Shown: positions 21,545-34,281 of the stretch, in pieces
Layout: each line of letters begins with the position of its first letter
How positions within the stretch are numbered: the stretch's first letter is position 1
Source: Eledone cirrhosa
Lineage: Eukaryota
Direction of reading: 5' to 3'
Assembly (NCBI GenBank): GCA_964016885.1
Contig: OZ024743.1
Coordinates: 292,392,001 to 292,456,000 of the forward strand
DNA length: 64,000 nucleotides
The notes under the pieces: generated by a model
Database searches by the model: none
What the model saw: only the letters and a program-made list of their open reading frames with translations
Told to the model about the DNA's origin: nothing
Program-made: the position numbers and the translations under genes

Positions 21545-23061
21545 TCCTTTGGCACGAAAACATCGAGAAACTTAAAGAATTCCACACCCTTATAAATGGG
21601 CTCCCCTTCCCCGACATCATCATTAAGATCCATAACAAAAAAATAGAAACAGACATATACTACAAGCCCGCAGACTCCATGCAATATCTTCCTTTCAACT
21701 CTTGCCACCCTAGACACGTTAAAATTAATTTTCCCTGCAACTTAGCCAAGAGAATCTGTACTCTAGTCTCCAATAAAAACACCTGCTAATTACGGCTACA
21801 AGAACTAAAGGACACACTCATAGGCAGGGACTACCCTGCATCACTAATTGACAATGGAATCCAACGTGCTCTAAAACTCAGTAGCCAGGACCTTAGACAC
21901 CCTAAAGTAAATCAACCGAAACTAAAAGCTCTTAATACATCTCCACACACAACCTCCTCAACAATGAGGCCTTTGACACCATCCTCCAGAACATCCCTGT
22001 GTTGAAAAAGGACCATAGAATGAACCAAATCCTACGAACACACGATATCATAAAGAGCAAAAGACAATCTAAGTCAATGAAAAACATCCTAACACATGCC
22101 AAAGTACTGCCAACCACAACAACGAAACCCACATAAAAAAAATGCGATAGACCCAACTGTGGCATATGCATCAACCTAATAGAGGGTTCGGAATTCTATT
22201 TCAAAGAAGGACGTTTTATAGTAAAACACAATTTCACATGCGCATCAGAAAATCTAATATATGTATTAACTTGCTCAGGTTGTCGAGAACAATACATAGG
22301 CCAGACCAAAAACAGCCTCCGCCAACGCATGACTGTTCATAGATCCCAAATTAAAATACGGGAATACAGGAAAATACCACTGAGTGAACACATTGATACC
22401 TGTGCCGCCCAAAATCATCTCAACTTCAGAATCTTTCCCTTCTACAAATTTAAAGATAATGCCACCCACACCCAGCGCATCAGTAAGGAATCTTACTTTA
22501 TTAACAAATACGGACCCCGTCTAAACACTTCTCCCTAAGACGAACACACAACATACACACGTCAACATACATACCTACATCAGCATACATCTCTATCCAC
22601 ATATAAACACAATAACATACGTAAACACACATGTTCTATGGTGCAACACAAATATACACAAATTTGCATACCTTTTGATGTCTATAGATATAAACGTGCC
22701 GACACACATACATAAACGCACACATGCATTGCACACTGATGGGCACATACATATTTGAACACAAGTATTCCAATACGGCAAGGCCTAATGGATTCCCCTT
22801 GCAGTACGTACAGTCTGGACACTCACATACAATTGGTATTATGCCAATACTATATATCATTTCACACCTTTTATTATTGAGGTTGTTGATGTTCTATTGA
22901 GAGAATCGTTTTTACTGAAAATATCGAATAATATACACCATTTTAACAGTATCACAAAAATATATACTGGTCAACCCCCACACACACACACACATTCTCA
23001 CACACACACACACACATATATACAGACACACATACACACGCGTACATTAACATACAAAGAG

Positions 23062-23101
<40 letters not shown>

Positions 23102-23235
23102 CTCCGTATAAGACAAGAGTTGAAAAATATCTTTTAACATGTTAAAATATCCCCCACACACTTTCAGACACATTCCTACTGACCATCCCTCTACCACGAA
23201 TTACTCTGCTACACACACACACGCACGCACACACA

Positions 23236-23266
<31 letters not shown>

Positions 23267-23281
23267 GCTCGCGCGCACACA

Positions 23282-23355
<74 letters not shown>

Positions 23356-23872
23356 TCTTAATAGGCATTTGCACTCTCAACAGGCTGCGGTTCGCACACA
23401 CATCCCTGCTGACCATTATCACAACAACGAACCTCTTTACTACTATTACACACACACACACACACATATTTGTTTTGAAAGACTTATTTTTCAGTGACTT
23501 CTCAATCAGCCGACACAAACCTACATTTGGCGCAAAATCAATTTTTAACATTCACATGACCTCTACCGACCAATCAAAATTGTTTTGACCACAAGAATTT
23601 TTGCAACACGAATTGGCACGAAACTTATTTTAATACCGCGGGAGCCCCTTTTTTCACATAAAAACAGGTAGAATTTCCAAAACTAATTAGATTAGAGCAA
23701 ATATCACGGACGCTCTATCTCAAAATTATTTTTGAAAAGCATTAGAAATGCGCAAGCGGTAAAACTTAAAACCAAAACTGAATACTAACCAATACTATTA
23801 CTAATTTTTACTTATTGCTAATTAAACTAATTTTCACTGGGAACAATTTGTCAGCATTTTCTTTTCCGTTTG

Positions 23873-23877
<5 letters not shown>
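21545..23877 (+). mobile_element. PLE lineage C (Neptune-like by inference), 5'-truncated
   Basis: TDIYYKPADSMQYLPFNSCHPRHVK..LAKRI; KCDRPNCGIC; FTCASENLIYVLTCSGCREQYIGQT..RQRMTVHRSQI; (CA)-rich tail; pLTR ends at (TA)n. Confidence 0.88.
23729..23764 (+). ncRNA. Variant hammerhead-like motif (UUGAAAA core, GCAA); inverted copy at 20818-20855
   Basis: ttt-TTGAAAA-gcatt-aga-aatgc-GCAA-(c/g)cgg-TA-aaa at the expected pLTR position. Confidence 0.5.
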
Positions 23878-23934
<57 letters not shown>

Positions 23935-24051
23935 TTACTTGAACAAAAACAAGACCACAAATTTCACAAATAAGACATTATTAAAAGTTTGTCAATATAG
24001 TTTTAGTTTGATGTAAGGAATGTAGAGAATAACAATAATATTAATAATAAT

Positions 24052-24238
24052 TGTTTCTACTTTTGGCACAAGGCCAGCAATTAACCAGTTCATTACTGGT
24101 ACTTTATTTTATCGACCCCGTAAGGATGAAAGGCAAAGTTAACCTCGGCGGGATTTGAACTCAGAATGGCAAGGGCCGTAACTCTATGCGTCAAAGCATG
24201 GCGTCTGACCCTCTACCGATACTGCTAATCCACAGCCC
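24052..24238 (-). mobile_element. tRNA-derived SINE with TSD
   Basis: Full SINE consensus; caataatattaataataat duplicated at 24033-24051 and 24238-24256. Confidence 0.9.
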
Positions 24239-24293
24239 AATAATATTAATAATAATAATGTCCGTTTACAATTGTTTCGCTACTCCATATAAT

Positions 24294-24477
24294 TGTTTCT
24301 ACTTTTGGCACAAGGCCAGCAATTGCCCAGTGTATTACTGGTACTTTATTTTATCGACCCCGTAAGGATGAAAGGCAAAGTTAACCTCGGCGGGATTTGA
24401 ACTCAGAGTGGCAAAGGCCGTAAATCTATGCGTCAAAGCATGGCGTCCGACCCTCTACCGATACTGCCAATTCACCG
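24294..24477 (-). mobile_element. tRNA-derived SINE
   Basis: Full SINE consensus; the empty site is visible in the opposite arm (tactccatataatgttactg). Confidence 0.9.
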
Positions 24478-25243
24478 AATGTTACTGGATCAAATGATTA
24501 TAGATCAATATTGATCTGGTTCAGTTGAAAATAATTAACTTAGGTACAATTAGAGCAGCTCATCGGAGCTTCAAAAGGATTATAAATTAAAATAAGGAAA
24601 TAATGTTACATGAATGTAATGTTCCATATATTGGTATTTCACTGTGGTGTCCATAGGCAGATCCCACACAATGCTGCCTCGACAGAAGAATACTGCTCGA
24701 CTATGGCAGACAATAGATATACCCAGGACACCATAGTGAAATACCAATATATGGAACATTACATTCATGTAACATTCTTTCCTTATTTTAATTTATATTC
24801 CTTTTGAAGTTGCGTTGAGCTGCTCTAATTGTACCTAAGTTAATTATTTTCAACTGAAACAGATCAATAATGATCTATAATCATTTGATCCAGTAACATT
24901 ATATGGAGTAGCGAACACAATTGCAAACGGACATTATTGTTATTAATATTATTATTATTATTCTCTACATTCCTTACATCAAACTAAAACTATGTTGACA
25001 ATCTTTTAATAATGTCTTCCTTGTGAAATTTGTGGTCTTGTTTTACTAAACTAATGAATATTTCCAGCTCTGTGCACCTAACCTCTGCATTAACCTAGCC
25101 ACCTGGCTGTCTTCCACTGCATATTGCACATTGAGCACATGCCTTTACGCTTTGGCTTCTAACTAATTCACCAATCTCTCTCTTCCCCTCTCCTATCTCC
25201 TCTCCTATCTCCATCTCTCTCTTTAAGATTGGTTACTCTTGAA

Positions 25244-25295
<52 letters not shown>

Positions 25296-25488
25296 TCAGA
25301 TGGTCTTTACCTCTCGTCTATGATTTCCCCGAACTTAAGTTCATGGATATCACGGACTTGTTTCTCCTCTTCCTCTCTTTCCGTTGCATTACCATCTATG
25401 TTTGTTCACATGTCTCGCTCGCTTCACCCTAAAGTATCGAGTACTCTGGTGCGTTATGGTCCACCTGGTTCCTTACCGCACTTCCTTC

Positions 25489-25520
<32 letters not shown>

Positions 25521-25523
<3 letters not shown>

Positions 25524-26005
25524 GATATTAACAAATTGAAACTATATTTATAAAACCATATTTATTTCATTATATATATTTCAAGGATACCAAGTTAAAT
25601 TATGGTATGCCTTCATCAGACCAAATACAATATATACCAGTTTTATAAATAAACATTGACATTACTTTTGGAAGACATCTATATATGTGTATTAACATAC
25701 ATATACATGTGTTATATGCTTTTTTATGATTATTATAGATGTCTTCCAAAAGTAACGGTCGCATTTTGAAAGGGTACGTCAATGTTTATTTATAAAACTG
25801 GTATATATTGTATTTTGTCTGATGAAGGCATACCATAATTTAACTTGGTATCCTTCAAATATATATAATGAAATAAATATGGTTTTATAAATATAGTTTC
25901 CATTTGTTAATATCGTATATCTACTCCAAATACATGTCGAGTGCTTTATATCAGTTATAAAAATATTTACTTGTTGTATCCCAACAATTTAAATAGAACT
26001 TTTGC
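25521..26005. mobile_element. Solo inverted pLTR pair, same family as the 31030/36200 pLTRs, each arm with an HHR
   Basis: 25521-25661 is the reverse complement of 25779-25919; right arm has an ~85-bp extension; flanked by (TA)n. Confidence 0.85.
25563..25627 (-). ncRNA. Type I hammerhead ribozyme (partner at 25811-25875 + has GAAA>CAAA)
   Basis: tatttggt-CTGATGA-aggcatacca..tggtatcctt-GAAA-tatata-TA-atgaaata. Confidence 0.75.
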
Positions 26006-26258
26006 ATATATATATATATATGTATTTATGTTTGTATGTATATATATATACAGTGTGTTCATTTCTATATATTTTAATTTATCTGGAATTAACTTCACCA
26101 GAACTCCGAGTCTCCTATCGTCATGACTAAAAGTTGAGTTTTAAAGTGTGTCAGGAATTTCACCCTTTTGTTATTTGTCATGATGTTCGTTACGACTTTT
26201 TATTCCGTTCATAATGTTAGTGTGTTCTAAATACCATCTGGTCATCTATCTAGCTAAA

Positions 26259-26420
26259 GGCGGGGAACTGACAGCTTTGTTACATGGTTGGATAGAAAAC
26301 TTTGCATTATTCGTTTCGACTCTCTGCGCTATCAGATTTCAGAATCCGCCGAGGTCAACTTTGCCTTTCATCCTTTCAAGTTCGATAAAATAAAGTATTA
26401 GTCCAGGACTAGGGTGGATT
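26259..26420 (+). mobile_element. Older, diverged SINE copy
   Basis: ggcggggaactgacag..ccgccgaggtcaactttgcctttcatcc..cgataaaataaagta. Confidence 0.75.
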
Positions 26421-26869
26421 ATTTCTAAGTCTCTCTCTCTCTCTCTTTCTCTCTCTCACACACACAAATACACACACACACACTCACACACACACACAAT
26501 CTCTCTCTCTCACAAACACACACACACACTCTCTCACTCTTTCGAAAATCACACTACTGATACTCTAGTTAATCAACCCCAAACAAAGTAATATATTACA
26601 TATTCCTAATCCAATATATGATCAAATATTTGACACTGCGACACTAACAGCTCACATAATACACTTTCCACGCAGTTTTTATATTGCAGCACGTATAATC
26701 ACCATTCGACACTAAAATATATAACACCAACCACACGCAAAAATCACCCAAGCAAACTTTAAATCCGTTACACAGTCTACAGTTGAAAAACGAAAATAAC
26801 CCCCTGGCTTTTGATGAAAGCAACGGTTGTCATTTGTCAGGTTGATAACGGACAGTGAATGCTTCTCAA

Positions 26870-27085
26870 AATTATCGATGCCTGACACGAAATATTGATA
26901 TTTTTATGAGGGACGTTGGAGGGACACAACATGGATAAAAAGAAAATAGAGAGAAATGAGTGAGTCGAGATGGTATGAGACTAGCTGTCTCCAAGGAACA
27001 GAGACCATTGTAGTAGTGGGTAAAAATCAGAGCGATTAGGTAGCACTTCTGTATGCCAGAGGCTAAAGCGTGTCGCATCTTCAGC
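26870..27085 (-). mobile_element. Possible CR1/L2-type LINE 3' remnant
   Basis: IALIFTHYYNGLCSLETASLIP resembles CR1-group C-termini; highly decayed. Confidence 0.35.
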
Positions 27086-30000
27086 CCATCTGCACGTATA
27101 ATACAACCAAATTATTCTCAGAAATGTCGTTTCGTACTTATTGTCAGAAGATGTACGTTTGTATTAATGACTCATTTATTTGCCACAAGAGTAACACGGA
27201 TACAAAACATTTCATTACACAAACGAATAGAAAGCATTTATGATGGGGAGGGGAACACAGAAAGACAATAAGGATTTCATTATAACTGTCACCATTTTCA
27301 ACTACTCCATCAATAAGACCACCAACGGTTTTTCCTATAGTTCCAATATTAACGAGATTTCAACAAAAGCCAATCAAATAAATCTCGTTCATATTTTATT
27401 CATCATACCGTCAATCAGCAGAGACATTTTTATAAAATCTTTTTTAAAAAATACCCTAAACAATAGTCACTTAGACTGCTTTCACACCTTTTCATTAGTA
27501 TGGCGTCAGCAAGTTCAGAATGTACAACAGTGTTGCATACAATCAGGCTACTTTTACAATAGATATTGGGAATGTAAATTACAGATTTTTGCACATCATG
27601 CACACACACACACGCACACACATTTATATATATATATATATTTATATATGTGTGCGTGTGTGTGTGTGTGTAAAATATATGTATGCATATATATATAAAA
27701 TATATGTTTATATATATTGAGGGCTTGAATGTGTGTATATATATATATAAGTGCGTGTGCGTGTACACACATATATATAGAGAGAAAGAAAGCATAAATA
27801 TACATCTATATACATGTATGTATATGTATATAACTTAATATTATGTAAAATATATGTACTTAATTCATTATGTACGTTTGTATGTATGTAAGTATTCATG
27901 TGTGAATGTATGCATGAATGTATAACATGATTTATGCAGGAAAAGCAATAGAGGAGGAGAGACAAACACATTAGCCTTAATTTTATGTCTACTAGCTCTA
28001 TTAACCATGACGCAAGTTCTTAGCTTACAACGTTTGATTAGTTCTTTTTGCTGTCTAGTTATATGGCCACTTAACATACGCCTTAGGAAAAAATGTACAA
28101 CGCCATCCTATACATAATTATTTATCATCTGATGACAAGAATTATGTAGCTTACACGATTCACAACGTAGCTAGCAGTGTTCCATCATTGACGGTGCTGC
28201 TACTACACACAGAATCATCTAAAACGGCTGCTGAATGGGCAACAACCTACTGATTAGCAAACAAAAGACCTTTTCAACAATACACACGTGCTGACTCTAC
28301 TTTAAGTAGCTAATGATACAGTAGGTATAAGCATGAGTAGGTATAAGCATGTCACATAGAATTACTAACAAAGTTTTGGCGGCGAATTGGAGGACTGTTT
28401 ATAGCGAAGTTCACTCTGCTGAATTTATTCCGACTAGATCTTTGATATAAGAATACATTTTTCTCTGCCTCCTTCCCACTGATCAAATAACGAATCATTC
28501 GTACTGCTGTACCCTCTCTTAAAAAAATATAAAAGTACCATAGCTGTATTTACTGACTCTATATTCCAGTCATTAACCCGAATAAATACGAAAGTAGTAC
28601 AGATTTGCTAATGAGTGAAAGTTCAAATAATTCTTTTTATGTACAAAAACAATGAAATATTGAACTGAAGCTCAATAAAAATCATAAATTAGAACGTCGA
28701 TATTATTTCGAATTTTAAGTAATATATACGTTTTATTTTTTCTAGAAACAAATATAAAACTTGTGAATATATGAAATCTAAGGGAAAGAATGAAAATATT
28801 TGTAATAATTGATAGATTATCTTGTTGCTGACAGTGTAACCTTTTCTCTACGCTGATTTAATAACATTTTCCAATCAATCAAATTCCCGAGAACTAGAGA
28901 GATCACTAGTGCATAGTAAAAGATACAACTTAGTTTCACTGTGTTGTACTAATGTTTCACTGGACAGATAACCTAGAAACGCCTATATTTTTTTTCAAAA
29001 TATCTTTGGCCACCACTGGATCTTCTGCTTTCGATAAGTTCTATAATAAATCCTACTGAGTCACATTCACTCTTTCTAAACTGTGTACTGAGTTGGTTTG
29101 ATGGTTATATCTTCAACTGTGAGCCAGGTTGAATTGGGTTACACGGTACCGTTAACAAATAGGCCTTAAACAGTCTATAAACTGTCCATAAATATTTTCA
29201 GTTCTAATAAACTGAAAAGATGTTTAGATTTATGTATGTATCTATATGTGTCTGAGTGCGTATCTGTGAAAATTGCATTAAGTGAGTAAACGTATGTGTG
29301 TGCATATGTGGTTAATTTTGTATATATGTCGTAGGCTAAATCAGTCATTAGTTTAACTCTACCACCTTATATTCCGTTGCCTTTATCAGAAGTCATTCTG
29401 TTGCACGCATTTTGGCCAGGCTTCCGCTTTGAAGATATCTTACTCCCTACTTACCACCACTCGTGAAAATCCTGAAAATAGTCGTAGACATTGGCATTGT
29501 CTCCATGGCTACACAGAAAAAATATGTGTATACTTGTGTGACTGTCTGCAGGTATTCTTTTTATTAATTCATACTATTGGATGTTATAAGTAGTATGACT
29601 TTACTACGTGTGTAAGCAAGGAAGCAGTACCGGGGCGGCGATATATTTCAAGAAACTGATCTGGTACCTATTATACATCAGTGAGACATAAGGTGATTGC
29701 GGTCGTCATGGTGGGAGTTGAATATGAAATGTTAAAATAGCGACACTAAACAATATAAAGTGTTAACTGCGCTAATTCCACATTTCGGTCATCTCCTCAT
29801 CTTTCTATTATTGTATGGTTAGAGAGAGAAAAGCAAAATCTATGACCATTTTCGTAGACAACGAGGAGAGTGAAAAAGAATGTAACCTCTAAATAGAAAT
29901 CTGGCAGAATGCCTTCAACAACAGAGTGGACTAAACTACATGCATCCTATGATCAGGTGCTGACTGATTAATTGATTATACTCACTCACCAAACTATTGA

Positions 30001-31074
30001 GGTTTCGTACCATTTCACTCCTGGTTACGAAGATACAATTAAAGGTATTATAGCTATAACTATCACATGATTATATTAATGAATGATATATAGCTCTCAG
30101 TAGATGAACACTGTTTAACATGTATATCTTAATTTATGTCATTGATATATCTGAGATATTTCCCTGACTTCATATATTTTTCAATCGGTAATTCAAGGGA
30201 TGATGTTTTACGTATCACATCTTGTTAGTAGAGGGCCCTCTTTTATTGAGGAAATATCGTTTACAGTAACCAAAACCGCTTGGATCGAACTTCTAAAACA
30301 CTTGGTACTTTGATCTGGAAACGTTGGTCATAGTGTTTAGTGTGAGGACAGTGGCAGACACAAGCAAGACATGAAAAGGTGTAGAAATATATGTATTAGG
30401 TAAGATGTTTTTCTGTTTAGTCAATGAGAGGAGGATAGTGTTGATGACCTTCATCAAGGCCTTTGTCATAGCGTGGTCTCCACTGAAGTAACCTAGGGGA
30501 CAAGTGGTGGCGCTTACTGCGTACTGGATTAATGTTTACCAACCAAGCCGGCAACAGAACACAAAATATCAGAACAAATACCGCAACGCAATTCGTCGAG
30601 ACATTAAACATGTCCCCAATCAATCTCCTTAGATTATTACTTTATTTTCGAAAGAATCCGGCAGGATATAAACTCTAAACATATAGAATACTTACTTTGG
30701 CCCACGCATTAACGACTTTACTTATTCGCCAACTACGAAATGGGAGCACAACATTTTGTACGTGAATGTTGTCAAGAATATTACCTTACCTGGCAGTACT
30801 GTTATCGTTTCATACTAAATAGCAAACACTAATATAGAAATATGGTAGGACTTAAATATGAAACAGGATACGCGAACAAATTGTTTTGTATATATATATA
30901 TAACATGTTTATACTCTATGTATTGAGTACCTTATATATATAAACTTTTATACTCTGCTATGTATTGAGTACCATACTTACTGTGGTTACCACCGACTCA
31001 ACCCGGAATAACTTATATATATATATATGTATACGATATTAAACAAATGGAAACTATATTTATAAAACCATATT

Positions 31075-31140
31075 TATTTCATTATACATATTTCGGGGAT
31101 GCCATATTAAAAATATGGCATGCCTTCTTCAGATAAAATA
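31075..31140 (-). ncRNA. Type I hammerhead ribozyme (inverted copy at 36223-36288 +)
   Basis: tattttat-CTGAAGA-aggcatgccatatt..aatatggcatcccc-GAAA-tatgta-TA-atgaaata. Confidence 0.7.
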
Positions 31141-31770
31141 CAATGTATAAACAGTTTTATAAATAATTTTGACGTACCATAAATATTGATCAACTTTTAT
31201 GTAAGAAGTTGGTTTGGTAGTGAATATAAATATTTAGTGTTAAGCACAGTTAAAAAGAAAGACGGAGAAAAAGAAGAGATGTATGTAAAGAAAAACAGAG
31301 AGAAATAGAGAGAGATAGGGGAGAGAGAAATAGTGAGGAGGTGAAAAAAGAGAGGTAGCTGAGGCAACAGATGAATAATAATAATTCATCATACAAATTG
31401 AGAGATTTAGGAGGGAGGGAGTAGTGTATTTATTTAGTTATAGTGTTAAGGAGACGGAGAGAAATAAAAAATGAAGAGAAAACAGAGAGAGAGAGAAAGA
31501 TAGAGGTGGGGGGAAAAGAGGTAGACCAAATAATAATAATTATTATATATGGGGAGGTGAGAGAAATAGGAGAGAAGTAAGAGAGAAAACAATAGAGAAA
31601 CTGGAGAGGTAAAGTTAAAATAACCGATACTTAGACTTCATCAAATATAAAGAGTGGGGAGAAGAAAGAGCTATATCTAGAGAGAGGGATGATAGATTTA
31701 CATCTTTACGTTATGTCCTATCAATTTGAATTATCAATTCATATGAATTGGGTATTATAATGTAAATATC

Positions 31771-34061
31771 TCGTTTCTGAATTTGTTTAGCAAGATTCTT
31801 TATCTGAAATCGTGTGTTGAAACCGATATTGTTATACTTTGGGAGGGTCATGTTGCCAATAAGAAACACACGCACCAGTTGTTTCACTTCAATTTATTAT
31901 ATATTTATAAATTTACAAATTTATAAATCTATAAATTTCTGGTTGGTTGGTTGGTTCCACAACCAGATAGTTGTTTATATATAGTCATAGTCCTTTCGTC
32001 ACACACTCTGTGACCTCTTCAGTGACTGGGGATTCCTTTCTTTGTTTCTGTGCCTCTCCTTTGTTCTCTCCTACGCGATTTTGTTTCTGTGTGTGTGTGC
32101 TCAGTTTGCGCATGCGCCACATCCGGGTGTCTGTGGGTGTTTATGTTCATTTATCTATTTGTTTATTTATTTATTTATTTACATGTTATTGGTTGGTTGT
32201 TTGTTCTATGTGTGTGTGTGTTTTCATTTTGTCCTTAATTGTAAGTTGTGATGTTGCTGTTCCACTCATATTTTCTATTTAATTTTGGTTGTAATTCTTT
32301 TATGTTTATTGCCTCTGTAATTTGTCTAAACATTGCATCTTTTCTGTGTGTAGATTCTATTTTTATTTCAATGTTCTCTAATTTACCCTTGTGTTCTATC
32401 TTAGCATGTTGGTAGAGTACAGATGATTCTTTATTATCTTGAAGGTCTCGCCAGTGTTCATTTATCCGTTCCACTACACTACGAGCTGTCTCACCTATGT
32501 ACACTATATTTTTGTCTCTACATTGTCCTTCAGTACATCTTATGCTATACACTACATTTCTAGTTTTACAGTTAATATGGGGGCTTATTTTACAGGTTAT
32601 ACATTTCTTATCTATACATGAGGGTCTTTGAAAAGAGTATGTATGACTAATAAGTGTTTTTACGGGGGTACCTGGTCTTTCTACTATCTTAATATTGAGT
32701 TTATGTTTATTTAGGGCACTTCTAAATTTGTAGGCTAGTTCGCCTCTAGGGGTTGTATCGATGAACATTACACTCTGGTATTTATTGCTATCATACCATG
32801 AGTTTATTCTATTAGCCTTGTTCCTAGTTCTTTCTATTCTATTCCAAAATTTGCTCCTATAAAAGGGGCAGGTCCCATTTATGTCATTATTTACCATTTT
32901 TTCCCATTTGGTTCTGGCTCCTCTATACACTCTGATTCTATCTCTCTGATTGTAGCCAGAGTACTGCATACGGTGGATGAAGTGTTGTATGTGTCTCTCT
33001 AGTTCTTCGGGGTTGCACATGCGGGACACATTTCTCATCACCCGTACCAAATCCGCAATCAGTATGTTGATTTTGGTATGGTCCGAAATGGCCGAGTTTC
33101 GGTAGATCAGATGTTTGGAAGATAATGGGAATGGAGGATTTGTTTTTTGTTGTTAATGGTATCTAACCAGAGTTCTGTGTCTAGTACAGGTAATCGATGG
33201 TTGGGGTGTCTACTTGGGTAGTCTATGGTAACTCTAATGCTCTGGTGGATGGAGTTTGCTATTTGCTGGATGCTTTCCATTGTGTTTTTCTGTAGTTCCT
33301 GACTGTTCTCTAGTGGGGGTGTCTTAACTATGATGTTTATATCATCTACGTAGCGGGAGTACATTATCAGGGTTAAGCTGTCTTCTAATTGTTCTTTAAG
33401 TTTAAGTTTAAGTCTACTGTCCCACCATACCATGAATAAGTTAGCTATGTCGCCTGCAATGCTAACACCAATGGATGCTCCTTCCTCTGGGGCATATGTT
33501 TTTCCATTAAATTTGAACATATCTTCCTTAAGGGTTAGTTTTATGCTGGCCCCTACCGCATGTGCAATCATTTTCTTCAGTTCATCGTGGTTTTCGGGTG
33601 TCCGTATGGCTCTGGTCCACCCGTTCCATCTATCTGTTTGGGTTTTCTTGGCCATTGAGGTAATGGTAGGTGGTCTGCCTCTTGCTGGTCTTGTAGGGCA
33701 CAGGTTGCTAAGGTCGTATGTGCCTAGGTAACTATTACTATAGGTAAGCTTAAGTAGAAGTTCCAGCTCACTGGTATCAATCCCACGGAACTCAACCTCG
33801 CTCTCACTGATCATTTCTACGCATTTCTCCACAGCAAAATCCACGTCAATAGATGGATACAGGGACACAACATCCATACTGCCTATTATGCAGTTTGTTA
33901 GGTCCCCAGATCGGTTACCCACGCCGATTATGTTGTGGAACCAACCAACCAGAAATTTATAGATTTATAAATTTGTAAATTTATAAATATATAATAAATT
34001 GAAGTGAAAGCAACTGGTGCGTGTGTTTCTTATTGGCAACATGACCCTCCCAAACTATAAC
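31771..34061 (-). mobile_element. PLE lineage B, 5'-truncated with inverted partial pLTR and 12-bp TSD
   Basis: ORFs 33107-33922 (RT, YSRYVDD) and 32235-33050 (GIY-YIG); inverted pLTR ~33931-34061; aatgtaaatatc at 31759-31770 and 34062-34073. Confidence 0.95.
31983..32027 (-). ncRNA. Lineage B minimal hammerhead
   Basis: agtca-CTGAAGA-g-gtcaca-gagtg-tgtgac-GAAA-ggac-TA-tgact. Confidence 0.75.
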
Positions 34062-34104
34062 AATGTAAATATCAATATTCATGAATGAGACATAGATATA
34101 TAAT

Positions 34105-34281
34105 TGTTTCTACTTTAGGCACAAGGCCAGCAATTACCCAGTGCATTACTGGTACTTTATTTTATCGACCCCGTAAGGATGAAAGGCAAAGTCAACCTCG
34201 GCGGGATTTGAACTCAGATTGTAAAGGGATGTAACTATGCTGGAAAGCATGGTGTCTGACCATCTACCGATACTGCCAATC
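34105..34281 (-). mobile_element. tRNA-derived SINE with 14-bp TSD
   Basis: catagatatataat at 34091-34104 and 34282-34295. Confidence 0.92.

Larger units (their letters stand above)
23931..25061. repeat. Fold-back inverted repeat with ~335-bp arms; left arm interrupted by two SINEs
   Basis: 23931-24652 minus the SINEs is the reverse complement of 24726-25061. Confidence 0.9.

Noticed and set aside
24805-24885. Hammerhead in the 23931-25061 fold-back
   Set aside because: GAAA and a stem III-like hairpin are present, but no convincing stem I or II
28128-28180. CTGATGA motif
   Set aside because: No stem II-GAAA or closing stem I
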